A DNA stretch of 64,000 nt from Nitrospirota bacterium (GTDB taxonomy: Bacteria; Nitrospirota; UBA9217): NCBI GenBank assembly GCA_963740085.1, contig CAVUCU010000003.1, positions 128,001-192,000 of the forward strand, written 5' to 3'. Positions 1 to 11,155 of the stretch are shown piece by piece. Both the position numbers and the translations under genes were made by a program. Below the pieces are notes generated by a model. It was not told the DNA's origin and did no database searches. It saw only the letters and a program-made list of their open reading frames with translations. Position 1 is the first letter of the stretch; each line of letters starts with the position of its first letter.

Positions 1-845
1 ACCACGCACTGATCGAGATAATGGTAGTTATCAAGGAACTGGAGCGTCGCCGCGGTCACCTCGATAAGCGTCTGGTGCCCGGGCTTTTTTATCCTGGTTC
101 TCCTTACGTTTAAATACCCTGTCAGACCGAAAACGCCCAGCGAGATGCCGGCCGCGATCATCAACCAGTATACGGGCGTCATCGCGCCGGCAGCATGAGT
201 TCGCATCAGTACGTCTGACAACGCGATAAGACCCAGCCCCCATCTGAGGATGGCAAGTTCGGTGCGGCCCTTTGCCAGGTCATTGCGGTAGCAGGCCAGC
301 CGCGTTCTCCAGTGAGCCATGGTGTTTCGCCAGAAGGCGAGGCCGGTCCTCTCCGTCCCGATCAGCAATCCGGGTTTTGCGTGCAGGTAGTCCTGTATGA
401 ACCACTGGAGGTCCTCTTCAAGCGCCACCCAGAACTCATACTGTTCGGCCTTGATGGCTTTTCTGACCTCGTCATACACACGCTGATCCTGCGGATCATG
501 CGCTGCGATAATGACGGTTTTCCCGTCATGAATGATCGGGAACCACAGACTGAGGGACAGCCATTCGCCGTCGAGTCCTGTGAGACATTCGGGGGGTATG
601 GGCATCCTCTCGTCATATTCCACGAAGGGGCACTTGCAGTATTCGGACAAAGCGGCCAGAAGCGTGCTCTTTGGTACGCCGTACTCGCGAATGAGAATCC
701 CCTCGATGTCGATCCCCCGGGCAACGGCAGCCTGTTCGGCTTGACGCAGCTCATCGTTCGTCAGCACTCCCCAATCCATCAGAATGAGAAACCGCCCGGA
801 CTGCCGTCCTGATTTCACATCGTTTTGAGTTGTTTTAGAGGTCAT
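1..845 (-). CDS. GspE-N/MshEN-like domain + DUF202-repeat membrane protein, paralog of 835..2481; runs off the left window edge
   Basis: Not in the ORF track because no stop lies in the window. Manual translation from ATG 845: MTSKTTQNDVKSGRQSGRFLILMDWGVLTNDELRQAE...LLAALSEYCKCPFVEYDE...GTERTGLAFWRNTMAHWRTRLACYRNDLAKGRTELAILRWGLGLIAL. Aligns by eye with the upstream gene, which it overlaps by 11 nt. Confidence 0.85.
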   Translation of the reverse strand, partial: MTSKTTQNDVKSGRQSGRFLILMDWGVLTNDELRQAEQAAVARGIDIEGILIREYGVPKSTLLAALSEYCKCPFVEYDERMPIPPECLTGLDGEWLSLSLWFPIIHDGKTVIIAAHDPQDQRVYDEVRKAIKAEQYEFWVALEEDLQWFIQDYLHAKPGLLIGTERTGLAFWRNTMAHWRTRLACYRNDLAKGRTELAILRWGLGLIALSDVLMRTHAAGAMTPVYWLMIAAGISLGVFGLTGYLNVRRTRIKKPGHQTLIEVTAATLQFLDNYHYLDQCV

Positions 846-2481
846 CGTGACTGAATACCGCTTTTTTCCAGGAACTGGACAGCGTCCCGTAATCGGGAAG
901 CGTGATCTCCATTTCCCCGTAACAATACGGAAATTGTTTCCTTGTTTTTTCAGCGGGGAGATGCCAGTAAAGCCCGTCGGCAATAAACAGCAGTCCTGAT
1001 AGGATCAGCACGACGTCGAATATGGTCCACCAGACATTTCCTGCGCCGAAATAAACCAGCAGTCCCAGGCCCACCGCGGAGATGCTCATTCCCGTTCTGA
1101 TGAACGCCATTCCGGTCCGGGACCGGGCCATGACGGTGCGGAGCCGTGCCATCACGTTCCTCCGCTCCGCAAGGAGGGTCCGTTCCAGGGCAAGACCCGT
1201 CGTGGCCCAGATCCCCGGAGAGCGGAACCCCTTCACCGGGGGAAGAGGCGTGCGAATGGTCTCAAACTTTTCGTGTTTAAACACAGGAGGAAAAACCGCA
1301 TCCCAAATACTCGGTTTATCCTCCGAGCTTTTTACGACTTGCGAACTTTTTGCGCCGGCGTGACGACCGGGCAGGTACCAATAGAATCCCTCTGCCACCA
1401 TGACCATCCCCAGGATGATAAGCACACCGTCAAGTGCAACCCAGAGACCGTCATGATATTGTCTGAACAATGCAATGCCGATCCCGATAAAGGCGATCCC
1501 GGTGCGCGTGAAGGAAAGCCCCGTACGCGCCCGCGCCATGAGCGTACGATAGCATGCAAGGACCGTCCGTTCTTCGGCAAGGTCCGTCCTGTCGCTCGCC
1601 AGAAACCTCCGGCGCATGACCGGAGAGAGTTTGTTCCATCCGCTCCGGAGCTTTTCGGCCTGAGATGCCTCACCGCTGCGGCTGAAAACCGGGTCATCCC
1701 CGGGGTTGGAAACTTGAAGCACGGTCGATCCGCCCGTCGGCTCCGTCGATGAGCAGTCCAGGTGCTTTTTCCCGACAATACGGGCAGGGAGATACCATTT
1801 CACGCCGTCTGCCGTCATGAACACACCCGCGACAAAGAGCAGCACCTCGACGACCATGAGATAGCCCACGCCGAAGATTCGGAAGAGTACCAGGGCGATC
1901 GTGATAAAAGAGAGACCGGTCCGCAGGAAGGCAAGCCCCGTTCTCCCCTTCGCCAACGCCGTCCGAAAATAGGAAAGCATCGAACGACGGTCGGCGAGAA
2001 AGGTCCTCACCTTGGCAAGCGGGGTCCTGCCCGCAGAGGGGGGGAAGCCGGGGTTCAAATCCTGATTGTGCTCTATGATCCTGATAAGGTCTGCGGCAAG
2101 GGCAACCCGGAACTCAATGTTCTTGACCTGAAGCGTATGCCTGATATCGTCGATCACCTTCGGGTCGTCGGGATAAGAGGCGATGACCTCGGCCGAATCC
2201 TGCTGGACCGACAAGGGCAGCCACAGAACGTGTTTCAGCCTCTCCATATCCATACGCCGCACGACCTGCTGAGAGACGATGACACCCTCGTCGTATTCTA
2301 CAAAAGGCGCGTTATAATATTCCGAGAGACAAAGGAGTATCTCGTGTTTGGGAATATCCGCGGCTCTCAACAGCTCTTCGAGCGAAGTCCGTGAGAGTTC
2401 CGCTTCCCGTATGAGCCGGTCCAGCTCCTCACCGGAGAGAACGCCCCTTTTTATTAACCGTTTAAATTTTTTGCGTTCCAT
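835..2481 (-). CDS. GspE-N/MshEN-like N-terminal domain fused to three DUF202 (YidH/Vtc1-like) membrane repeats
   Basis: 548 aa. N-terminus resembles PilB/GspE N-domains (GVLSGEEL...LSEYYNAPFVEYDE...WLPL...YPDDP). Three LAxERTxLA...RTGxxF repeats, each followed by two hydrophobic helices. No ATPase motifs. Confidence 0.75.
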   Translation of the reverse strand: MERKKFKRLIKRGVLSGEELDRLIREAELSRTSLEELLRAADIPKHEILLCLSEYYNAPFVEYDEGVIVSQQVVRRMDMERLKHVLWLPLSVQQDSAEVIASYPDDPKVIDDIRHTLQVKNIEFRVALAADLIRIIEHNQDLNPGFPPSAGRTPLAKVRTFLADRRSMLSYFRTALAKGRTGLAFLRTGLSFITIALVLFRIFGVGYLMVVEVLLFVAGVFMTADGVKWYLPARIVGKKHLDCSSTEPTGGSTVLQVSNPGDDPVFSRSGEASQAEKLRSGWNKLSPVMRRRFLASDRTDLAEERTVLACYRTLMARARTGLSFTRTGIAFIGIGIALFRQYHDGLWVALDGVLIILGMVMVAEGFYWYLPGRHAGAKSSQVVKSSEDKPSIWDAVFPPVFKHEKFETIRTPLPPVKGFRSPGIWATTGLALERTLLAERRNVMARLRTVMARSRTGMAFIRTGMSISAVGLGLLVYFGAGNVWWTIFDVVLILSGLLFIADGLYWHLPAEKTRKQFPYCYGEMEITLPDYGTLSSSWKKAVFSHDDL

Positions 2482-2550
2482 AAGGTTATTATACCATTCG
2501 GCGGGGAAACAGCCTAACAGAAATGACTTTTCATGACGGAGTTCAAGGTC

Positions 2551-2583
2551 AAAAAGAGATGGAGGCGTTTTTGCGCCTCCATC
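2551..2583 (-). terminator. Rho-independent terminator downstream of tatA
   Basis: GATGGAGGCG / CGCCTCCATC stem, followed by a T-rich tract on the minus strand. Confidence 0.7.
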
Positions 2584-2712
2584 ACAAGTGGGATATATGA
2601 GCCCTGTTTCAACAATAGTGCGACGACTTATACTTCAGTTTTTCCTCGTGATGGACCTTCATCATTCCAGCTGCAATTTCCCTTCCGCCGCTGTTCCAGA
2701 TAATCGTGCCCA

Positions 2713-2895
2713 TCAAGCCTTCATTTTTCCCTTCTGATCCTGCTCGACACCTTCGGTTCTGTCCCGCAAACCCTCTTTAAAACCCCTGATCGCCTTGCCA
2801 AGACCCTCGCCAAGCGCGGGAAGCCTGTTCGGCCCGAAGATCACCAGGGCAATGACCAGAATGACCACCATTTCAGGAAATCCAAGGTCTCCCAT
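2713..2895 (-). CDS. tatA: Twin-arginine translocase TatA/TatE subunit
   Basis: MGDLGFPEMVVILVIALVIFGPNRLPALGEGLGKAIRGFK matches the TatA signature. Start moved to ATG 2895, with SD AAAGGAG upstream. Confidence 0.92.
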   Translation of the reverse strand: MGDLGFPEMVVILVIALVIFGPNRLPALGEGLGKAIRGFKEGLRDRTEGVEQDQKGKMKA

Positions 2896-2954
2896 ATGTT
2901 CTCCTTTACCATACCGAAATGAACAATAGTACGAATATTCCGCTTCAAGCCTTT

Positions 2955-3377
2955 TTATACGCTCACGACGTACACCGGACACGGCGCCAGGTTGATGACC
3001 TTTTCCACAATATGATCGCCGAACAGCCGGCTCAGGATGCCCTTCTTCTTTTTCGATCCCATGATGATGAGGTCGCACTGCTCTTCTTCCGCGACTTCAA
3101 CGATCCTCTGCGGGACATCGCCATGTTCAAGTCTCGTCTTGATCAGCGCCCCTTCGGTCTTCGCCATCTCGTGAATCTCCGAAACGGCCTTTGCACCGCC
3201 GTCGTCCAGCACGTCATTCAGGTTCTTGATCCCGGTCAGATCAAGATCGCCGTCGAACGGACGGAGCACCTTCACGACCGTGATCCAGGTCTTTTCATCC
3301 TTGGCCATTTTGATCCCTTGTTCCAGGACCTCTTTATGTCCATTCAAAGCAATAAGTACTTTTCTGTACCCTTTCAT
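2955..3377 (-). CDS. Universal stress protein (single USP domain)
   Basis: YRKVLIAL...GDVPQRIVEVAEEEQCDLIIMGS...FGDHIVEKVINLAPCPVYVV. Start moved to MKGYRK. Confidence 0.9.
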   Translation of the reverse strand: MKGYRKVLIALNGHKEVLEQGIKMAKDEKTWITVVKVLRPFDGDLDLTGIKNLNDVLDDGGAKAVSEIHEMAKTEGALIKTRLEHGDVPQRIVEVAEEEQCDLIIMGSKKKKGILSRLFGDHIVEKVINLAPCPVYVVSV

Positions 3378-3382
3378 TTTAC

Positions 3383-4246
3383 TCACCTCACTATCAGTAT
3401 CGGACGGGCGGCATGGGCAATGATCCGTTCCGCAGTACTTCCCATGATCGCCTTGTTCATGCCGCTCCAACCGTGGGTCCCCATGACGATCAGATCGTTC
3501 TTGAACTTGTCGGCGAGTTCAACGATCTTGTCGCTCGCATGGCCTTCCTGAACCACTGCCTTGATCTGTACTCCGAGTCCGGCTGCGATCTTCTTTGCGC
3601 CTTCGAGTATTTTCTCAGCCTCCTGGAAAAGGCTTTTCGTGATGGACTCGGTCTTATAAAAATTCACCATCTCTTCATAGCGGGGGATTACATAGAGGAC
3701 CGTGATCTCTCCACCATCGAGCTTGGACAGTTCGCAGGCACGGTCCAGCGCCTTTTTGCTGGACTCGGAGCCATCAAAGGGGACCAGCAGGGAGCTGTAT
3801 ATCCCGGTGCATCTGGTGCATTCCCTGGTCACCACCAGCACATCGCAGGGTGCGTTCATGATGACCTGTGACGCCACACTGCCCATCAGCAGCCGTTTGA
3901 GCCCCTTCCGTCCGTAGGTGCCGAGGGCGATAAGGTCGGCCTTCTTCCCGTTGGCCATGTCAACGATAACCTCGGGCGGCTCGCCCTCGCAGATCATCGA
4001 CTCAACATTGCCGTTCAGACCGAACTCATCGTGAATGTTATTTTTTGCGGCGAGACAGACGGATGTGCCGAACTCGAACCGTTTCTCCATCTGTGAGGGC
4101 AGAATGGAGAACTCTTCCTGGTCGAAATAGACCGCATGGATAAGGAAGAGCTTCCCCCCGTGCACCTTTACCCATCGGGAGGCCTCTTTCAGCGCGGCCT
4201 TGCTCGATAGCGACTCGTCATAGCCTACAACAATGGAGTTATACAT
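3383..4246 (-). CDS. Universal stress protein (tandem USP domains)
   Basis: Two repeats ending GTYGRKGLKRLLMGSVASQV and GTHGWSGMNKAIMGSTAERI. Confidence 0.93.
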   Translation of the reverse strand: MYNSIVVGYDESLSSKAALKEASRWVKVHGGKLFLIHAVYFDQEEFSILPSQMEKRFEFGTSVCLAAKNNIHDEFGLNGNVESMICEGEPPEVIVDMANGKKADLIALGTYGRKGLKRLLMGSVASQVIMNAPCDVLVVTRECTRCTGIYSSLLVPFDGSESSKKALDRACELSKLDGGEITVLYVIPRYEEMVNFYKTESITKSLFQEAEKILEGAKKIAAGLGVQIKAVVQEGHASDKIVELADKFKNDLIVMGTHGWSGMNKAIMGSTAERIIAHAARPILIVR

Positions 4247-5082
4247 CAGTGAGAACCTCCACCTTTCTTGAACACCATGCTTACGCCTACGCCTGCGCCA
4301 AGCGCGACGCCGATGGCAAGAAATCCGTAGATCGCCGGGCTGTTCTTCGCCATGGTTGATAACGTCTTGACCATGCCGACCTGCTCTACGTTGACCTTTG
4401 ACTGGGCCTGTTCTACGACTTTATTGTCCTTCACGGCATAGACCGAGACAAGGTAATCGCCGGGCTGGGCCTGGTAGGGCCAATCGGTGAGGATATAGTA
4501 TTCCTGCTTTCCGTCCGAGTTCATGGTTGTCTCGATTTTTCCGGACGACGTCGTATACACTTTGGACTCTTCCTTGAACTTGACGAACTCATCGAACCAT
4601 TTTGCCTTCTCTTCCTCGTTCGCGACCGGGGTTATATCCACATGTTTTGCAAGCGCGGGATAGCCGATTACATATTTTTCCCTTTCTTCGCGGCTCAGGA
4701 TGTCTTCAACCTTCTTCGTGCTGAAGACCTCGTAGAAGTTGGGGGTCTGATCGAACTTCAGTTTGCCCACGTTCATCCACAACACCCCCGCGACCTTGCC
4801 CTTCTGCTTCAATACCTGATGCCCTTCGGGAGAGGCTATCTTGATGACCAGGTCCACGCCCGGCTCCGATATGCCCCGCACGCTCACCGTGCTGCCATGA
4901 TAGAAGAAGTCGATGGTAATGTGGTCATGGTTTGCCCTGGCCGTAAGCATGGCCGACGCCGGTTTTGCACCGGCAAGCTGGAACAGGGAAAACACGAGCA
5001 TGAGAAGTAACGTGCCCAGGAATCTTGTACTGCCGATGAATCTGGCAAAGTGCATTATGAATGAATGGAGTTGAATATGCAT
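4246..5082 (-). CDS. TIGR02186-like exported protein with C-terminal membrane anchor, TauE partner
   Basis: Signal peptide ending ASA, ITIDFFYHG, KGKVAGVLWMN, C-terminal TM YGFLAIGVALGAGVGV. Directly follows a TauE gene. Confidence 0.7.
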   Translation of the reverse strand: MHIQLHSFIMHFARFIGSTRFLGTLLLMLVFSLFQLAGAKPASAMLTARANHDHITIDFFYHGSTVSVRGISEPGVDLVIKIASPEGHQVLKQKGKVAGVLWMNVGKLKFDQTPNFYEVFSTKKVEDILSREEREKYVIGYPALAKHVDITPVANEEEKAKWFDEFVKFKEESKVYTTSSGKIETTMNSDGKQEYYILTDWPYQAQPGDYLVSVYAVKDNKVVEQAQSKVNVEQVGMVKTLSTMAKNSPAIYGFLAIGVALGAGVGVSMVFKKGGGSH

Positions 5083-5083
5083 T

Positions 5084-6010
5084 TTAATGTCCTCCTACTT
5101 GAGAGAGAAGTAACGACGGGGTCAATGTAACCTCGAAGACGATCTTGACCGTCACCACGAGCACGATCACCGCGAGGAGGATCTTGAGCTGTTCGGCCTT
5201 GAGCTTCCTGCCGAACACGGTGCCGATCTGCGCCCCTACGGTCGAACCCAGGAGCAGGAGCACGGCGAGCAGGAAGTCCACGCTGTGATTGGTGTATGCC
5301 TGGAGGAACGTGACCTCGATGCACGTGAACAGGATCTGGAACAGGCTCGTACCGACCACCACGTGCATCGGCATCCTGAGCAGGTACACCATGATCGGCA
5401 CCATCAGGAACCCGCCGCCCACGCCCATGATCGCGGCAAGAATGCCGACAAACCCGCCCAGCACGATCGGAACGAACACGGAATGAGTGATGCCCGACTT
5501 CTCGAAGTGTGTCTGAAGCGGCAGGGATTTCAGGAACCTGCCCATCGCGGATTCTTTTTCTTTCTTCACTTCTTCTCCGGCCACATCCTTTTTCTTCCTC
5601 ATGCTCTGGAGGCTCTCGATGAACATGTAGACGCCGACGATGCCGAGCATAAGGATATAGGTAATCTTGATCACGAAATCGGCATTGCCCATGGCATGGA
5701 GGAGTTTGATGACCTGAACGCCGACGATGCCGCCGATAAATCCGCCGACAAGCAGATACAGCCCCATCTTAAAGTCCACGTTCCCCACCCTCCAGTGCGC
5801 ATAGGTGCCGGACGTGGATGCCGCCACGATCTGGTTGGAATCAGTTGCCGCGGCAACCGTCGATGGTATGCCGAACATGATGAGAAGCGGCGTCAAGAGA
5901 AATCCGCCGCCTACGCCGAAGAGACCGGAAAGCAGTCCCACGGCCAGCCCGAGCCCAACGGGGATCAGGATATTGATGCTGGTCAATGCTACAGGTAGAT
6001 ACAGGTACAT
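5084..6010 (-). CDS. TauE/SafE (TSUP) family membrane transporter 1
   Basis: Duplicated GLFGVGGGFLLTP / AIMGVGGGFLMVP motifs; about 8 TM helices. Confidence 0.92.
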   Translation of the reverse strand: MYLYLPVALTSINILIPVGLGLAVGLLSGLFGVGGGFLLTPLLIMFGIPSTVAAATDSNQIVAASTSGTYAHWRVGNVDFKMGLYLLVGGFIGGIVGVQVIKLLHAMGNADFVIKITYILMLGIVGVYMFIESLQSMRKKKDVAGEEVKKEKESAMGRFLKSLPLQTHFEKSGITHSVFVPIVLGGFVGILAAIMGVGGGFLMVPIMVYLLRMPMHVVVGTSLFQILFTCIEVTFLQAYTNHSVDFLLAVLLLLGSTVGAQIGTVFGRKLKAEQLKILLAVIVLVVTVKIVFEVTLTPSLLLSQVGGH

Positions 6011-6145
6011 CTCGATAGCTCCTTTTCTTTATTTAAAATTTTTACTGCAAAAACCCGCAGAGCCTCTGATTCGGCATGGAGCAGAGCGCATGAACTCCTG
6101 TGCTTTGCTCTCTGCCCTCTGCTTTCTACTCTTTGTCCTTCGCTC

Positions 6146-6637
6146 CTACGCCACCGCGCAGGCCTGCCTGGTCATGGTCACGATCGGCCGCGACGCTGTC
6201 CGCACAAGCCGGCTCAGATCCTTTGAAGTGACGTTCCCTGCCTCGGTAATTGCGGGGCTCAACACGACCTTATCGATACCCGCATGTTCCTTGATAAATT
6301 TTCTTATGCCTGATATCGCATCCAGACTTGTGGCATGGACATTCGCCTGAATTCCTTCGTTAAGGCATTTTTTCACAACAGTGTCTACCTCTTTTTCGTA
6401 GATGCCCTTCACGACCTGGGAAGTCATGATCTGTTGCGCCGTATCGTGCTCGCCGGCCTCGGCAAAGCTCACGGCTGTCATCATGTTTCCCAACTTATCC
6501 ATGAGTGAGCTTTGCTTCTGGACGAAAAGGAGCGTGATGTCCTCATACATAGCCTTTGCAAGCTCGATAGCGTACGAAACCCCTTCTTCCAAATTTTCAT
6601 CCCGGAAGGTGACGAACAACAACTGCCTCTTTCCCAT
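6146..6637 (-). CDS. Hypothetical USP-like protein with internal FAEAGE motif
   Basis: 163 aa, SD AGGAGG. USP-like start (LLFVT...GVSYAIELAK) and MMTAVSFAEAGEHDTAQQIM. Confidence 0.8.
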   Translation of the reverse strand: MGKRQLLFVTFRDENLEEGVSYAIELAKAMYEDITLLFVQKQSSLMDKLGNMMTAVSFAEAGEHDTAQQIMTSQVVKGIYEKEVDTVVKKCLNEGIQANVHATSLDAISGIRKFIKEHAGIDKVVLSPAITEAGNVTSKDLSRLVRTASRPIVTMTRQACAVA

Positions 6638-6681
6638 TTCTCTGCCTCCTTATGAGTAATTGGTTTCTTGCCCTGTACTAT

Positions 6682-6697
6682 TGCAGTATGAGTGCCA
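6682..6697 (-). promoter_or_regulatory. Sigma-54 (-24/-12) promoter of TauE operon 1
   Basis: Minus strand TGGCAC-TCATA-CTGCA, 45 nt upstream of the 6637 start. IHF-like AATCAGCATGTTA lies just upstream. Confidence 0.8.
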
Positions 6698-7007
6698 AGT
6701 CATAACATGCTGATTATGCTTAGTATTTTATACTGGCATGATTTTCTGTTGTTTCATATTTGAACGCAGATGAACGTTATCCGAGAGGAGAGAACGATTC
6801 CGGCAGAAGAAATGGCAAAAAACCCTTTATTAACAGACTTTCCATCCAATGGAATGAAGTTTAGCCGTCAAGAATAGCGGGGTCAAGAAAAGGCGTGGTG
6901 TTTAATTGTGAAACATGGTCTGGCTCACACAACCCGATGAGCACTTCCCTTTCGGGAAATTTGTTTGGCAGGGCAAGAAGGGGCGATATTACGCTAGAAC
7001 AATGGTC

Positions 7008-8348
<1,341 letters not shown>

Positions 8349-8488
8349 AATAGGTCCTTTTTTAACTGCTCAGGTTGGCCGCAAAAGAACACAAAGAGCT
8401 CAAAGAAAAAGCCAGAAAGCATGAAGTTCAGTCTTATTTCTCCCTGCGTTCCTTGCGTTCTTTCGCGGCAAAAAGTGAATTCGACTCG

Positions 8489-10076
8489 TTACTCTAAGTT
8501 ATCCTGCTGCACCGGCAAAACGATCACGAACCTCGTGCCCTTGCCTGGCTCGCTTTCGGCTGCGATATCGCCGCCGTGCTTCTTGATGATATTATACACA
8601 ATAGCCAGCCCAAGACCCGTACCCTTGTCCTTGGTCGTAAAGAACGGCTCAAAGATCTTGTCCAGTGACTCCCGGGGGATCCCCCTCCCCGTATCAGCGA
8701 TCCTGACGATGACCGCTTCATCCGCCTTCTTGAGCGAAACAGAAATGTCTCCCCTCCCCTGCATGGCATCCACGGCATTCGCAAACAGGTTTCCGAAAAC
8801 CTGCTCCATCTGCCCTCCGTCCGCGGACACGACTATCTGCAGCGGGTCCGGATCAAATGAAAAACGGATGTTTCCGAGATCACGGGTGCTCCCAAGGTGC
8901 CGATAGGAGTCAGTGATCAACCCCACCAGATCCACGTCCTTGAACTGCGGATCCCTTCCCCGCGCAAACTCGAGGAGCTCTCCCACGATCCGCTTTACCC
9001 GTTCCGTCTGACCGAGGATGTCACTCACCGACTCTTTGATCTCGGTCGAACAATGCTCACCCCCTTCCTTCGCGAGCACCTGTGCCGAAAGATAGATATT
9101 GTTCAGGGGATTGTTCAACTCATGGGCCACGCCGGCGGCGAGGGTACCGATGGCGGCGAGCTTTTTGGTCTGCATCAGCTCTTTGTTCTTCCGTTCGATC
9201 TCCGACCGCCCGTTCAGCAAGCTGGTCCCCCATGGTATTGAACCGGTCTATCAGCACCCCCACCTCGTCATGGGCATTTCCCCCGGAAGAAGGGATGGAT
9301 AGGTGCGGGTAGGAACCTTTACCCGTCTTTTCCACCACATTGATCAGAAGCATCAGCCTTTTTACAACGTTCGTACTGATGAAGAAGAGTGTCCCGATTC
9401 CCACGGCAAAGAAGAGCGGGAAGAATATCAGGATCGCGATCTGCGAAACCCGGATCACGGTCTCCACTTTTTCCCGCGCCACCCTGTCGAGGTCCTTGGA
9501 AATGACCATGATATCCTCGCCGGTCTTTCTAAGTGCGGTGATCTCCGTGCCGAGTTCGCGAAGGCCCTGTACGAGCGGATGGCCAGGGGGCAGGAGAAAT
9601 ACTTTTTCGAGAAAATCCGCGGATTGGAAGGGCTGCTCGATAAATGTGGATTCAACAAGCGAGAGATATTTTGCAGTTCCTTTGAATGAAGCTTTTGTCC
9701 GGTCGAAGAGCCCCGTCACCAAGGTCGCATCTCTCCGCATCACGCTGAAGCGGCGTTCATAGTCTTTAATACTGCTCCGCAAAGACAGTTTATCAGTCTG
9801 GTCGATATCCGGGTTCTGAGCAAGGAGGGTTTTCAGTTCAGCTAGATATGCAGTGACCGCCGCGGATTCTTCGTCAGCCTTTTGAGGACTGTAGAGAAAG
9901 AAATTCTTTTCGTGCCTCCGAAGCTGGAGCGACTTGCGGCTGATCGTGTCCGTGATCTCGAGATACCGGATTTCCTTTTTGATCTCGACAAAGCTCAGAT
10001 ATTCAAATGCGGCGAGGATGGCGATGATAGCCGCGCTGATAAGAAAGCTGAGCGCTATTTTTTTCTTCAGCGACAT
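8489..10076 (-). pseudogene. Membrane sensor histidine kinase split by a frameshift near 9208 (possible sequencing indel)
   Basis: ORF 9120..10076 has TM-periplasmic (RRHEKNFFLY)-TM-HAMP. ORF 8489..9220 has AHELNNPL, the N box and FFTTK..GTGLGL. The two frames overlap. Confidence 0.85.
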
Positions 10077-10246
10077 AGTTCACAGTATCACAGGTAAACC
10101 GTCTCGTGCAACCATAAAAAGGGGTAACTACTCAGGTCAAAATCTAAGCCGCGAAAGAACGCAAGGAACGCAGAATAAATTTAAAGCTGAAATTATGATT
10201 TTTGGCTTTTTCTTTGAGTTCTTTCGCGGTAAGCCTGAACAGTTAC

Positions 10247-10283
10247 AAAAAAAGGCTGAAGGAACGTTCTCCTTCAGCCTTTT
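10247..10283 (-). terminator. Rho-independent terminator after USP gene
   Basis: AAAAGGCTGAAGGA-loop-TCCTTCAGCCTTTT. Confidence 0.8.
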
Positions 10284-10300
10284 GGAAACATTCTCTGCTG

Positions 10301-11155
10301 TTACGCCTTGACCACAAGCACCGGGCAGGGCGCATAGCCGATGACCCTTTCCGCCACACTTCCCATAAGAAGCCTGCGGAGGCCGGTCCTGCCGTGCGAG
10401 CCGATGACGATCATGTCGGCGGTCTGTTCCTTCGCAAGATTGGTGATCGCCTCGTCGGCCTCGGCCTCTCCAACAAAGGTTTCAGACCGAACCCCTGCCG
10501 CTTCGGCCTGTTTTTTCACCTCAGCAACGTAACCCTTTGCTTTTTTGACCAGGTCGTCCACAGCCTGAGGCGCCTCGGCATAAAATTCGGAAGGAACGTT
10601 CACAACCGAGATGACCCTGAGTTCCCCTCCATAGGACTTCGCGAAGGAGATCGCCCGTTCCATCGCTTTGACGCTGTACTTCGATCCGTCGGTCGCAAGC
10701 ACGATCTTTTTCCATCCAACAACAGTCCCGTTAGGGACGACGAGCACATCGCGCTGGGTGTGGCCGATGACCCTCGCCGTGACGCTGCCGATGAGCGCAC
10801 GCTCAATGCGGTGGAGCCCGCTCCTCCCCATAACGATCACGTCGCAGTTCTCAGCGTCGGCCAGATCCACAATGCGTTCGTGAACCTCGCCTTCTTCGCA
10901 GACCGTCTTGACGAGCATCCGCTCGGTCTTTGCGATCTTTTCAACTTCCGCGAGGGCCTCGTCGCACGGTTTCCGGAGCGCTGCCCTGATGTCTTTGATG
11001 CCAAGGAGCTCGATCTCGCCGTCATACGAGGGGACCACGGAGGTGACCGTTATCCAGCACTTTTCCTCGTTGGCCAGCTTGAACGCCTGATGGAGCGCGT
11101 TCCTGCCGGATTCAGAATTGTCAACAGCAACGAGTATCTTCCTATATCTTCCCAT
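10301..11155 (-). CDS. Universal stress protein (tandem USP domains)
   Basis: YRKILVAVD...GSVTARVIG and KIVLATDGS...GSHGRTGLRRLLMGSVAERVIG. Confidence 0.93.
   Translation of the reverse strand: MGRYRKILVAVDNSESGRNALHQAFKLANEEKCWITVTSVVPSYDGEIELLGIKDIRAALRKPCDEALAEVEKIAKTERMLVKTVCEEGEVHERIVDLADAENCDVIVMGRSGLHRIERALIGSVTARVIGHTQRDVLVVPNGTVVGWKKIVLATDGSKYSVKAMERAISFAKSYGGELRVISVVNVPSEFYAEAPQAVDDLVKKAKGYVAEVKKQAEAAGVRSETFVGEAEADEAITNLAKEQTADMIVIGSHGRTGLRRLLMGSVAERVIGYAPCPVLVVKA

Noticed and set aside
312-812. Plus-strand 166-aa ORF and the many other long antisense ORFs (e.g. 6915..8219, 33537..34637, 40963..42039, 51202..52371, 62094..63374)
   Set aside because: They are shadows of well-supported genes on the opposite strand in GC-rich DNA and have no recognisable motifs.
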